Source: a virus | Taxonomy: Duplodnaviria > Caudoviricetes | Direction: 5' to 3' (one strand) | DNA length: 64,000 nt | Virus record (IMG/VR): IMGVR_UViG_3300002220_000740 | Coordinates: 1 to 64,000 of that record | Part shown: piece by piece, positions 34,801 to 44,771 of the stretch | Layout: the number at the start of each line of letters is the position of its first letter | How positions within the stretch are numbered: the first letter of the stretch is position 1 | Notes under the pieces: model-generated | Database searches by the model: none | Seen by the model: only the letters and a program-made list of their open reading frames with translations | Told to the model about the DNA's origin: nothing | Position numbers and translations under genes: made by a program

Positions 34801-36210
34801 ATGAATAGAGTATTTGCACTTAGGAGCGGTAAAAGCGTCACGCTCAATGTAAACGGCGCTTATAACCAAATGGTACTGGATACCGAGGAAGAAGCCATCG
34901 AGATGTTCAAGAGGGCTCTGGAGGTCAAGAACGACCCCACCGACGAGAAGGTAGCCGAGTTTCTGAATTACACCAACCCATCATTCAGGGTTATGGAGAG
35001 TGGTATCCTGGAGAAAGACAGGATAGGCAACTTCTTCCTGAAGGGTTACAACATTCCCATGCCTGTTTCACTTGTGCAGCGGATACGGGAATACGCTAAA
35101 GAGGGGTATCCTCTTACAGCACTGGAGAATTTCTGGAAGCTGTGTATGCTCAATCCCGACGATAGGGCACGCAACGACCTGTTCACCTTCGCCGATCAGT
35201 TCAGCTTCCCAATCACGGACAGCGGTTATTTCATCGCTTACAAGTCTGTAGCGGGCATCAATATGCAGCATAAGAGTTATGCTGTATTTGTTGCACAGCA
35301 GTACATCGAGATGAAGGCTGCCATGCATGAGAACCCGGCAGATTTCTCGGTCATCCGTACCGGCAGGGATCCTGAAGACTGGACGTTTGATGTGGTGAAA
35401 ACCGCCGAGATCGACCAGTTTATAGCTGCCGGAGTTGAAGACATGGAGGATTCCGTATCAGACACTGCAGCTGAATGGATGTACGAGAACCACAAGATCG
35501 AATGGCTTCCGCTTATTGGTCATCTCAGCGCTGACGAGATTATCGCACTTGCAAAGTCAAAGGGCTTTGAAGAGCAACATCCCGAAGACGTATGGATGGA
35601 GATTAACTACTTCAACAACCTGGGAACCCTGACAGAGCTCTTTAACCAGCTCAATGATCTGTTCGAGCAGGAGGAGCTTTCATTCACCGACTGGCATACC
35701 AAGAAGATGAGCATCAAGCTCGGTCAAGTAGTCAGGATGGAACGAAAAGAGTGTGACACCGATCCTCACCAGACCTGTTCTTATGGTCTGCATGTAGGTG
35801 CACCGGCGTATGTCACTGATTTCAACAGGCGCGATGACCAGTTTGTCATTGCCGTTTTGGTCAACCCGGCTCATGTCATTGCAGTTCCCGTGGATCATTC
35901 ATTCCAGAAGATGCGTGTATGCGAGTACTACCCGTACGCCATATGCGAGGTCACTGACAGTGGATATCTCAAGGAGCTTGAGACGCCATATTTCGAAGCC
36001 AACTATTGTGGCTACGAGAAAGAGCAGCTCGAAGCACAGTTGCGCGAGACGCAGAGGGTGCTGAACGAGAGCCTGGATCTCTCTCCTGAAGAGCAGGAAA
36101 GACTTCAAGAAGAAACTCAGCTGATTGTGAACAGGCTGTTCCTCATTGGCGATGCAGCAATTGCACCCGTCGTTGAGACCAAGCCGCTTGCAGAAGGCGA
36201 GACATTCTAA
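34801..36210 (+). CDS. rIIB: rIIB-like protein
   Basis: PITDSGYFIAYKSV, CSYGLHVG, VNPAHVIAVP, KMRVCEY; follows rIIA. Confidence 0.88.
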   Translation: MNRVFALRSGKSVTLNVNGAYNQMVLDTEEEAIEMFKRALEVKNDPTDEKVAEFLNYTNPSFRVMESGILEKDRIGNFFLKGYNIPMPVSLVQRIREYAKEGYPLTALENFWKLCMLNPDDRARNDLFTFADQFSFPITDSGYFIAYKSVAGINMQHKSYAVFVAQQYIEMKAAMHENPADFSVIRTGRDPEDWTFDVVKTAEIDQFIAAGVEDMEDSVSDTAAEWMYENHKIEWLPLIGHLSADEIIALAKSKGFEEQHPEDVWMEINYFNNLGTLTELFNQLNDLFEQEELSFTDWHTKKMSIKLGQVVRMERKECDTDPHQTCSYGLHVGAPAYVTDFNRRDDQFVIAVLVNPAHVIAVPVDHSFQKMRVCEYYPYAICEVTDSGYLKELETPYFEANYCGYEKEQLEAQLRETQRVLNESLDLSPEEQERLQEETQLIVNRLFLIGDAAIAPVVETKPLAEGETF

Positions 36211-36254
36211 TTTATAATGGGAGAGGGGACGACCCTCTCCCTTATATTTTACCT

Positions 36255-36599
36255 ATGAAAGTAGAAGTAAGCCAGGGACGGCTTGCGATGCTTGATGCAT
36301 CCATCAACAAGATGCTGATGACCCCGTCCAGAGAGATGATCGCCCTTAAAGGGTATGGCATGATACAACAGAAAGTAAGAGTAGGGTGGTTCAAGCGCCG
36401 GACAGTAACAAAGACCTATATCACCGGGGTAACCATCATTGGTTACAACAGAGATGGAAGGTTCATGGGTGTTTTAACAAAATCATCCTGCCGCAAATAC
36501 CTGACATACGTCAACCTGTACCAGCTTAGAGGAAACTGGATTGATCTCACTGAAGAATTAAGAGCATTTGGATTTAAACTTGAACACATTGAATCATGA
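36255..36599 (+). CDS. Hypothetical protein
   Basis: 114 aa, coupled to the kinase by ATGA. Confidence 0.55.
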   Translation: MKVEVSQGRLAMLDASINKMLMTPSREMIALKGYGMIQQKVRVGWFKRRTVTKTYITGVTIIGYNRDGRFMGVLTKSSCRKYLTYVNLYQLRGNWIDLTEELRAFGFKLEHIES

Positions 36600-37288
36600 T
36601 AATAGGAATAAGCGGACACGCCAGAAGCGGTAAGGATACCGTGGGCACAATGATTGCCACTGCGGCAGTCCATGACGACACTTACCCCAAGTTCGAGCAC
36701 AAGAAGTTTGCCGGCTATGTCAAGCAGGTAGCTTCATTGTTAACAGGCATTCCACTGCATTACTTCGAAGTAGACCATATCAAACGGTCTTACCTTCCCA
36801 AGGAGTGGAACGACCAGAACCTTATCAGGCTGGTAGGAGATGTGGACGATGCGCGGATGACCATACGGGAAATGCTTCAGAAGATCGGTACAGACTGTAT
36901 CCGGGAGAACCTTCACCCCAATGCGTGGGTGAATGCCCTGATGAAGGATTATAAGAAGCCAGCGACCGAAGCTATTGAAAAAACTGGAGGATACACCAAT
37001 CATCCTCACCCAATGAATTTCCCCAACTGGATCATCACCGATGTCAGATTCCCTAACGAGTTTGATGCTATAAAAGAACGTGGTGGTATACTCATTCGTG
37101 TCAACCGGGACAACCTGGCTGAAGACGTACACATCTCTGAAGTTGCGCTGGATAAAGAGAAGCGGTGGGACTATGTCATTGATAACAATGGCACATTGGA
37201 ACAACTAAGCACAAAAGTAGGAGAAATATGGAAAGATATAAGGAACGTCCAGACGGAGTTGAGCGTTGGCTCACCCCTGGCGAGTTAA
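36596..37288 (+). CDS. Deoxynucleoside monophosphate kinase
   Basis: IGISGHARSGKDT, REMLQKIGTD, ITDVRFPNE, HISE. Confidence 0.9.
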   Translation: MIIGISGHARSGKDTVGTMIATAAVHDDTYPKFEHKKFAGYVKQVASLLTGIPLHYFEVDHIKRSYLPKEWNDQNLIRLVGDVDDARMTIREMLQKIGTDCIRENLHPNAWVNALMKDYKKPATEAIEKTGGYTNHPHPMNFPNWIITDVRFPNEFDAIKERGGILIRVNRDNLAEDVHISEVALDKEKRWDYVIDNNGTLEQLSTKVGEIWKDIRNVQTELSVGSPLAS

Positions 37289-38643
37289 AAGCCATTTGCT
37301 TCAGTATCTGTAATCTCACTGATGAGACTTGCAAAGGAAAGAAAGGAGAGATTATATATGGTAAACAGTTTACTGTATACGCTCTCAAGTCCTTCTTTCC
37401 CAAACTCTCTCTCCAGACCCTGGCGGGAGCTGTTCACCTTACAAGCCATGCAACAGCATTGCATAATAGTAAGGTAATAGCAAACCAACTGGAACTGGAG
37501 AAGGATCGCAGGATGCAACGGTACACCGTAACGTGGCATAAGATCTATGAGATGGCAGAGAACCTGATCAAAGCAAAAGAACGGGCACAAGTAGACATTA
37601 TTAACCGGCTTTCAGAAGCCTTATCTGTAAAAGAAATGGAGAATTATTATCTTAACCCCGCTATCAGCAACTCATCACTGAGCTTAATAGATCCGGAGTC
37701 TGGCGGAGCACCGGCTAAGTTCAAAGATTACATCGACGGTAAATTTGACGACGAGAAGACCCCCTCCCTGGAGAAGGGTGATTACATTCACAAGTTCATC
37801 CTGACTCCGGCGGAGTTCTCGGTGCTGACCTGTGAGATGCCTTCAGAAACGATCCAATTCCTGGTCAAGAGCATATTCACCGCTGCAGCTCACAAGAAGA
37901 CCGCAGAGGAGCAGAAAGCACTCGAACTTACCAATTACAAGACCGAGCTGCTGACTGCCGCAAATGCCATGGGATACCAGAAGAACTGGAAAGATGATAC
38001 CCGCGTGAACAAGCTCGTTGAAATGGGTACTCCCTATTTCAATGCACTCAAACAGGCAGGTGACAGGACCATTCTGGACGGTGATTTGTATGAGAATGTG
38101 AAGAAGTGTGCCGAGAGCGTTAAGAGGAACGCAGCTGCAAATCTGCTGCTGATTAACTCTCCGGGGCAGGAAGTGTTCAATGAGATCGAGATTTTCTGGA
38201 CCGAAGAGTGGAATGGACTTAACCTAAGTTTCAAGGCAAAGCTTGACCGCCTTGTCATTGACCATACGGCTAAAACTTTTTCCATTGTGGATTTTAAAAC
38301 CACCAGCAAGTTCATTGTCAATTTCCCGGATGCAGTGGAGTATTATCATTACTACCGGCAGATTGCATTCTATGAGCACGCAGTACGCCAGTGGCTGGAA
38401 GGCAAAGGGTTAACCGGATATCAGGCAGACGATCATTACATCGTTGCAGTCGAGACCACCCGAGGAAACCTGTGCAGGACATATGTTATCAGCGAGCCGT
38501 ATCTTCGCAAAGGAAGGAAGGAAACGGCAGAGCTGTTAAACAGAATTGTGTATCATTTCAGCACCGGGGACTGGATCAACCCCAAGGAAGAGCAGGAAAC
38601 GGTGAATAAGACGTATATGCTTATGCCAAAGGAACATGAGTAG
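37228..38643 (+). CDS. PD-(D/E)XK exonuclease (RecE/DUF3799-like) with N-terminal HTH extension
   Basis: ISNSSL, GDYIH, KAKLDRL...VDFKTT, YYRQIAFY. Confidence 0.8.
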   Translation: MERYKERPDGVERWLTPGELKAICFSICNLTDETCKGKKGEIIYGKQFTVYALKSFFPKLSLQTLAGAVHLTSHATALHNSKVIANQLELEKDRRMQRYTVTWHKIYEMAENLIKAKERAQVDIINRLSEALSVKEMENYYLNPAISNSSLSLIDPESGGAPAKFKDYIDGKFDDEKTPSLEKGDYIHKFILTPAEFSVLTCEMPSETIQFLVKSIFTAAAHKKTAEEQKALELTNYKTELLTAANAMGYQKNWKDDTRVNKLVEMGTPYFNALKQAGDRTILDGDLYENVKKCAESVKRNAAANLLLINSPGQEVFNEIEIFWTEEWNGLNLSFKAKLDRLVIDHTAKTFSIVDFKTTSKFIVNFPDAVEYYHYYRQIAFYEHAVRQWLEGKGLTGYQADDHYIVAVETTRGNLCRTYVISEPYLRKGRKETAELLNRIVYHFSTGDWINPKEEQETVNKTYMLMPKEHE

Positions 38644-38743
38644 CGGTTAACAAAATTATTGTAAAAAAAATAAAGTTTTGTTTACATTGCAACGCCTTTA
38701 GTCAACAATTAATCTACTGCTAATCTTCATTAAAATATAGTCG

Positions 38744-38956
38744 ATGTCCAAACAATTTTCTCCTGTTTGCAGTGTGTGTGGTTATGAGAGTCCGGCGCTT
38801 GTTCAAGCAACCGGACATTGCGCAAACTGTGGCAACGATCTTCCATTAGTAACTTTAAGTAATGAACCTCGAAAAAATACAGCAACTAATACAGAAAGAG
38901 GACTCCAAAGGAAACTACATCCAGTTGGAACGTCCAAGTCTAAGCGTACTGCTTAG
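38744..38956 (+). CDS. Small zinc-ribbon protein
   Basis: CSVCG...CANCG. Confidence 0.5.
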   Translation: MSKQFSPVCSVCGYESPALVQATGHCANCGNDLPLVTLSNEPRKNTATNTERGLQRKLHPVGTSKSKRTA

Positions 38957-39914
38957 GGATAACGGCAACAAAGAACGCCGAATAGGCAACATCATTGAAC
39001 GAGAAGGTAGCGTGATCTACCACAAGCACGAAAGTGAAGCCGAAATCCACCGTAAATCTAAATCCTGGTCAATCAATAGGAACGTGCTCGATGCAGTAGA
39101 CATGGTCGAGTATGAAACAGACAGAGCCGTTTACACGATAGAAGCAAGGAAAGCCCGTTCAGTCGGGCTTTCTTTTAAATGGGACAACAAGTCCTTTGTG
39201 GATCGTAAATGCTTTGTACCTATTAAGCACTGGGATATAGTCTGGAAGGATAGCAACACCGGTCCAATCATCAACCTGTTCGGTTATGAATGGTACTCCG
39301 AGATTGCAACCATCGTTTACCAAGACTATGTAACAGCTCTCACAAAAACCCTGGCATCTGAATATCGGACGCATACGATGTACCCGGCAAAGGAGGATAT
39401 CTTCCTTCCATACCGGCTCACCTCGTTTATGGATACCAAGGTCATTATTGTAGCCCCGTACGTTTTCCCGACAAAGGGATCGAACGGGTTGGCATTCGGC
39501 TTCGAAGGCGAAGGTTCCGTTCCCCAGGCAACCAAAGAGTTGCTCAAGGAAATTGAATGGGACATTTACCAGGGATGCCTAATGCTCTCATCCGACGCAA
39601 GCATGCGAACTTATGCTGATCAGGGCGTGTTGCTGCTGAATTACCTGGCAACATCCAACGAACAGTTTCCGCATATGAATATCGGATGGGAGAAATTTAC
39701 TGCAGATATCGTGTCTGCTTTGAGTGAAAAAAGAGAACATCTTGTGTTCATGTTCTACGGTTTTGCGACTGAATTAAGTCAGTATGTTGATAACTCAAAG
39801 CACTATGTGATCAATAATGGGGCACTTTATACCCCTGATTATGTGAGGGATAAGTACTTTACTAAGTGCAATAACTTCCTGATATCGCGTAAGTTAACCC
39901 CAATCAGCTGGTAA
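38862..39914 (+). CDS. Uracil-DNA glycosylase (family 1)-like protein, degenerate active site, N-terminal extra domain
   Basis: YPAKEDIF, TKVII, GLAF, QGVLLLN, H..IGWEKFT, F.KCNNFL...PISW all conserved, but GQDPY and HPSP are missing. Confidence 0.8.
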   Translation: MNLEKIQQLIQKEDSKGNYIQLERPSLSVLLRDNGNKERRIGNIIEREGSVIYHKHESEAEIHRKSKSWSINRNVLDAVDMVEYETDRAVYTIEARKARSVGLSFKWDNKSFVDRKCFVPIKHWDIVWKDSNTGPIINLFGYEWYSEIATIVYQDYVTALTKTLASEYRTHTMYPAKEDIFLPYRLTSFMDTKVIIVAPYVFPTKGSNGLAFGFEGEGSVPQATKELLKEIEWDIYQGCLMLSSDASMRTYADQGVLLLNYLATSNEQFPHMNIGWEKFTADIVSALSEKREHLVFMFYGFATELSQYVDNSKHYVINNGALYTPDYVRDKYFTKCNNFLISRKLTPISW

Positions 39915-40022
39915 CAGAACAAATTTAATTCTGTTAAATGCAACTATTTTACTATAAATGTGCGTATATACGAAATTAAATTATATTTGTATAGTGGATT
40001 CGTAGTATTTAACTTGAACAAA

Positions 40023-40520
40023 ATGAAAAAGCGTGAAGTCGATCGAATAGATATTCAAATACTGAATATCCTTCAGGAGAACGCCTACATTAACAACAAG
40101 GACCTTGCTGAGAAGATAGGACTCTCCCCAAGCCCAACACTGGTTCGAATCCAGAACCTGCAGGAAAAAGGCATAATAGCCCATTATACGATTGAGCCGA
40201 ACTATGGATACTTTGGATACACAAGCCTATTGCTCGCTAACATAAAGGTTCTTCGGGATAAATCAAGGATTTTTGAAGAAAGAGTGATCAATGCCGATTG
40301 TGTTACGAAGTGCCTGCGCCTGGATCAAGGTGGGAAGTCACTGGCAGTAAATGAATATTGGATTCATATCATGGGTAAATCAGATGCAGACTGCAAGGAA
40401 TGCATTGACAACCTTACAAACCAGAATGGCGTGCCCATGGCGGTATTCATAGAATCCACACTGGTAAAGACTGTTGTTAAAAACAGCAAGCTGAAGCTGG
40501 GTCCCGATGACGTTAAATAA
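40023..40520 (+). CDS. Lrp/AsnC family transcriptional regulator
   Basis: DRIDIQILNILQENA...LAEKIGLSPSPTLVRIQNLQEKGII; TATATTTG promoter motif at 39982. Confidence 0.9.
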   Translation: MKKREVDRIDIQILNILQENAYINNKDLAEKIGLSPSPTLVRIQNLQEKGIIAHYTIEPNYGYFGYTSLLLANIKVLRDKSRIFEERVINADCVTKCLRLDQGGKSLAVNEYWIHIMGKSDADCKECIDNLTNQNGVPMAVFIESTLVKTVVKNSKLKLGPDDVK

Positions 40521-40560
40521 AGAAGAAGGGCTGTCCGATTGGGCAGCCCTTTCTTTTTTT
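40521..40560. terminator. Bidirectional intrinsic terminator between convergent modules
   Basis: AAGGGCTGTCC-GATT-GGGCAGCCCTT with A-rich and T-rich flanks. Confidence 0.8.
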
Positions 40561-43500
40561 AGAACCGTGATGCTCCAAGCTGATAAGGATTTTTCTTATC
40601 CTGAGCATAGATCTCAATGAATTTACGAAGCTGGTTTACACCAGGCACCCACTGTGAGGAGTAATATCCCCATGGAGTGATATCCCTGGCAGAGTTCTCT
40701 CCGAATATCAGATCCCGCATTTCATCTCCGGTGTTGGTAAGGGTTTTCATAGCCGTACCGAGTATGCCGAATGCCGGGAATGGTGAAGATGTCAACCGGA
40801 TAAACTCGGTGGGGTTATAGGTAAACATGAGTTCCGAAAGAGCACGGCTCAGCGCCTTGTTCATTGTTCTCCCAGCCCAGGTATCATAGTACCACGGGTT
40901 CTCATCATCATCCCCTTTGCTCCCCATCAGGGTAATGACCCCAAGGAGTGCAAGGATTATACGCAACTCGTTGACCATTGCTTTGATCTGGCGATGCTTC
41001 ATATCCAGGAACTGGTCATAGATCATCTTGTTGGCTTCTCCACTGTGTGAGGAAATCCACTCTTTGAATGAGATTTTGGGATTGCCGTTAAGGTTCTTCC
41101 ACGTACGAAAGGCTGCCCTGTACCAGGTATCCAGTTTGTCGGTGTTCTCTTCAGCCATTCTCCACCGGTTAAAATGTGCCTTGGCGCGAGCCTCATTGAC
41201 CCGCTTGATGCCCAGCTTGGTGGAAATACCGAATGTCCCCATGTCCAGGATTAACTTGCCCATATTTGGCACGACAACCTTACCAATGTACTCAGCCCAG
41301 GATGCCCCCTGTATATGATCGTATTCAGACATGTACGCCCGGAACCTGCCGTAGTTGACAGCGTCCAGCGTCTTGTTGTAGCTGAGCTTACCGAAGCGTT
41401 CTTCCAATACGCCCGGGATCCATGTCTTGAACTGCATTGCCATTGACATCGCCATGTTCAGACTGTGCTGGGCAATGTCCTGATCATTCATCGTACCTTT
41501 AATACGGATTGAGGCTTCCCTGACTGCATTCTTAAATTGGATGTAGCCACGCTCTCCCAGGTCCAGCTGGAACTTACCGTCCTTGTCCATGCTTGCCATA
41601 TCCAGTACACTCTTGGTACCTTTGGGCAAATTCATCAACCTGGCGAGGTTCCCATCGACATCCAGACCATAATTCTGAGCCATGGCAATCAATATGGTAT
41701 CATCCACGGATTCGTCGGCAAGACGTATCGGAAAGAATGCCGTCCGCGAAGAGAACATCTTCGTAGCCTTTGCACCAGCAAGCTTATGAGCCCGCTTCTG
41801 AGTAAAGTCCTCGGCGTATATGTTAAAGAACTCGCATATTCCACGCATTCTCCTGGTGTCAGTAGCGGCTAACTTGAACACATTCCTCCACTGTTTCATA
41901 TCAAATGCTATGCCCTTTTTTGCCTCTACGATCGCATTGACATGACCCTGCGCACCTGCCGCAAACCCCGGGAAGAATCCGAAGCCGAGTTTGCTGAGTG
42001 AGATGTAGCCTTTGAGGTTAAGCAGGGTCTTCTTGGTAGAGATGCCCTTCTTGGAGGTCTTGTCCAGCATACCACCTTCACCGTACTTTACTCCGTACAC
42101 ATGAAAGTTGTTTATCTTTTCAAAAGCATCCAGTGTGTCCGAAACAGCCCCGAACTGTTTGGTCGCAAGACCACCGGCACGGTTGATCAGCTTCTTCCCT
42201 TTACCAGTAGTCTGATATTCATTATAATATTTGCTTGAGAGATATTCCTTAAGCCCCAGCGCCTGATCCTCAATCTCGGACATGTACTTATAGTTGTACG
42301 CCACGTTTGCCCACTGCAGCATGACGTTGCTCAAATCGAAACTCTTCTTGTCAATCCTCTTGACCCCATCTTCGTCCAGGATCGGGTTGTGGAAAATGAT
42401 CGGTATATGCCGACGCATCTTACCCGTGTTCAGATCCTGTCCCTTGATATAGATATCCTCCTCACGAACCTTAAGATTGTCCATCAGCTCTCGTATGGAA
42501 CTTCCAAACTGCTTGACCCCGCCCTGCACCAGGATATCCAGTGAGTCCTTACGCACCCATGGAATAAAGTTCGAGGGAAGCTCATTGTAGTTGAATCCCA
42601 TCATCTTACGAAACTCATCATTGAACTTCTGATACATATCATAGTAGCCCTTGAGTGCCGGGTTGTTCTCAATGAACCGGTACTCCTGGGACTTATACTT
42701 CTCCAGAACTTCTTTCTTAATCCTCAGCTGGTAAAGGTTAGACTCCCGCGTCCAGGCTTCATTGCTCGTCTCCAGGTTATTCTCCTTTATCCAGTTGGCT
42801 ATATTATTGTCAATGATTGATTTATAATAAGACCCGGTACGTACAACCTCCCCGTTCATCACAAGATCCTGACCGTTATTATGATCACGATACTGCTTGG
42901 AGGTATATGCCTTCAGCCGGCGCGCATAGCGTTCCTTGGACCGCTCATCAATATCGTAATGAGCTTTCATCCACTTATGATCCCGGGACTCCAGTGCTTC
43001 CTTCTGCTCATCCCAGAACTTCTGAACGAGCATCGGATGCAGGTTACCCGTGGACATATTAACAAGCTTCATGAAAGCCTGCTTGTGTGACATGCCATTA
43101 TCGGATGCCCACTTGAACAGGGCTTTCTGCGCTTCTTCCACCTCGGCATAGACCCTGCGGACCGCCTGATCCTTGCGATAGTATGCCTGGTCATATAGCT
43201 CTTTGGACTTTTGAAAGATAGCATTCTCCACCTGAGAGTGACGTCCGACAGTCTTATCAATGAGATCCAGTTCCTGCTGGGTCTTCAGCTGTCCGTTGTC
43301 CAGCTTGGCAGCCTCGTCCATGATCTCCATGGTTCTCTTGCAGAGCAGTTCATCCAACAGACCCAGAGACCGGTTAGCCATGTTCTGAGCATACGATATT
43401 TTATCAAACAGAGTCTTGAATTTCTGTGTGAACTGTACCGCATCCTCCTCTTCGGCTGTCTCAAGTGATGTGCTGAGATCCTCGATCATCGTGCTGTAAA

Positions 43501-44770
43501 GCACCAGCTGGTTCTTGTAATCAAGAAGCTCCTTGATATCCAGGTACTCCGGGTTCAGGTCTCCGCTTGCAAGCTCCCGCGGTATCTTCATACCGGAATT
43601 GATTTGCTGGGTCAGCTCATACACATCCACCATGAGTGAGCCGATGTCATGTTTGATCATGAGCTGGTTGAGCCCCTTGGTGATCGTGGTAATACGTTTG
43701 TAAATCCCCTCACGTTCACTGGCGGGAGCTGTCTTTACCTGCTCACGCAGACGTTCGACGATGTTGATCTGTCCCTTGATGAGCTTATCCAGCCCCGGGA
43801 TACCGGTCTTTTCATTTATGGCAATCTGCTCCAGGTACTCGGAAACCTCTGATCCCATCTGGATGATACCAATCTTGTTGTTCAACCGGCTATCCTCTGT
43901 CCGTCCCGTTTTTTCCTTTAAGGTGTTCTGGACCATAATGGGTATAATGCGGCTCTCGCGGATGTCCTTCACCCCGTACTTCTGGGTGAGTATCCTCTGG
44001 TATTCCCCCAGCTGCATGGTGAAACCCTCGTACTTGTACATGGGTACAAGGTCTTTTATCAGCTGTACGTTCCCATCAACCAGGAGCAAGTCCTGACTGT
44101 GGGCACGCATGGTCTTATAGTCGTATATGGAAGCGGTGTTATCCGAGAAGAGTGCAACGATGTCCATGGTTCCCCCGATGCTGCGCTCGGCATCCATTAC
44201 CAGGTGTTCAAGGTAGATCTTCACCTCACCTTTGGTACCTGTCTGCAGGTTTATCTGATCCTGAATCGCCTGGATCTGATCATAGATATGCTGTGCCCCA
44301 TTGCGAAGCATTTCAAAGTCTTCGGCACTTACCCCGTAGATCGAGTCCCGGGCTGCAAAACGAATCTTGTTCATGACCGTCTCACTGCCACCGGCGATGA
44401 TGTTCGTCATGATCTCCTGGAGCACACTGTGGACATAGGTCCCAGTGTCACGCTTGACCACGTTATCAGGCAGGTTTGAAATCCGGTCAGCTTCGATCTT
44501 GCCCTTGTGTGCACGGAACGTACGAGCCTGCTCGTCGGTCACGCGATGCTCCAGCGCCTGTTCCCCGGTTGCAGCATATGTGTACACATTCTGCTTTTCC
44601 CCTTTGGCATTCATAACCTCGCCGATCTTCACCCGCTTGGGTGTATCTTCAAGGTATTCTGCCGTGATACTTTGTGACTGATCCGGGTACAGAGTATAAA
44701 CCTGCTCAAAGTTAGAGAGCATGTTCCGGAACTCCTGGTCGGTGAATGTTACTTGCTTACAATTTGCCAT
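40559..44770 (-). CDS. Large virion/ejected protein with N-terminal PD-(D/E)XK nuclease domain
   Basis: GTYVHSVL, GTMDIV...IYDYKT, QLGEY motifs; 1403 aa; immediately downstream of the RNAP gene. Confidence 0.7.
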   Translation of the reverse strand: MANCKQVTFTDQEFRNMLSNFEQVYTLYPDQSQSITAEYLEDTPKRVKIGEVMNAKGEKQNVYTYAATGEQALEHRVTDEQARTFRAHKGKIEADRISNLPDNVVKRDTGTYVHSVLQEIMTNIIAGGSETVMNKIRFAARDSIYGVSAEDFEMLRNGAQHIYDQIQAIQDQINLQTGTKGEVKIYLEHLVMDAERSIGGTMDIVALFSDNTASIYDYKTMRAHSQDLLLVDGNVQLIKDLVPMYKYEGFTMQLGEYQRILTQKYGVKDIRESRIIPIMVQNTLKEKTGRTEDSRLNNKIGIIQMGSEVSEYLEQIAINEKTGIPGLDKLIKGQINIVERLREQVKTAPASEREGIYKRITTITKGLNQLMIKHDIGSLMVDVYELTQQINSGMKIPRELASGDLNPEYLDIKELLDYKNQLVLYSTMIEDLSTSLETAEEEDAVQFTQKFKTLFDKISYAQNMANRSLGLLDELLCKRTMEIMDEAAKLDNGQLKTQQELDLIDKTVGRHSQVENAIFQKSKELYDQAYYRKDQAVRRVYAEVEEAQKALFKWASDNGMSHKQAFMKLVNMSTGNLHPMLVQKFWDEQKEALESRDHKWMKAHYDIDERSKERYARRLKAYTSKQYRDHNNGQDLVMNGEVVRTGSYYKSIIDNNIANWIKENNLETSNEAWTRESNLYQLRIKKEVLEKYKSQEYRFIENNPALKGYYDMYQKFNDEFRKMMGFNYNELPSNFIPWVRKDSLDILVQGGVKQFGSSIRELMDNLKVREEDIYIKGQDLNTGKMRRHIPIIFHNPILDEDGVKRIDKKSFDLSNVMLQWANVAYNYKYMSEIEDQALGLKEYLSSKYYNEYQTTGKGKKLINRAGGLATKQFGAVSDTLDAFEKINNFHVYGVKYGEGGMLDKTSKKGISTKKTLLNLKGYISLSKLGFGFFPGFAAGAQGHVNAIVEAKKGIAFDMKQWRNVFKLAATDTRRMRGICEFFNIYAEDFTQKRAHKLAGAKATKMFSSRTAFFPIRLADESVDDTILIAMAQNYGLDVDGNLARLMNLPKGTKSVLDMASMDKDGKFQLDLGERGYIQFKNAVREASIRIKGTMNDQDIAQHSLNMAMSMAMQFKTWIPGVLEERFGKLSYNKTLDAVNYGRFRAYMSEYDHIQGASWAEYIGKVVVPNMGKLILDMGTFGISTKLGIKRVNEARAKAHFNRWRMAEENTDKLDTWYRAAFRTWKNLNGNPKISFKEWISSHSGEANKMIYDQFLDMKHRQIKAMVNELRIILALLGVITLMGSKGDDDENPWYYDTWAGRTMNKALSRALSELMFTYNPTEFIRLTSSPFPAFGILGTAMKTLTNTGDEMRDLIFGENSARDITPWGYYSSQWVPGVNQLRKFIEIYAQDKKNPYQLGASRF

Positions 44771-44771
44771 C

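Noticed and set aside
39822-39857. Self-target of tract 2 (antisense) in the UDG-like gene (PDYV codons)
   Set aside because: Only 5 of 12 dinucleotides match; not convincing.
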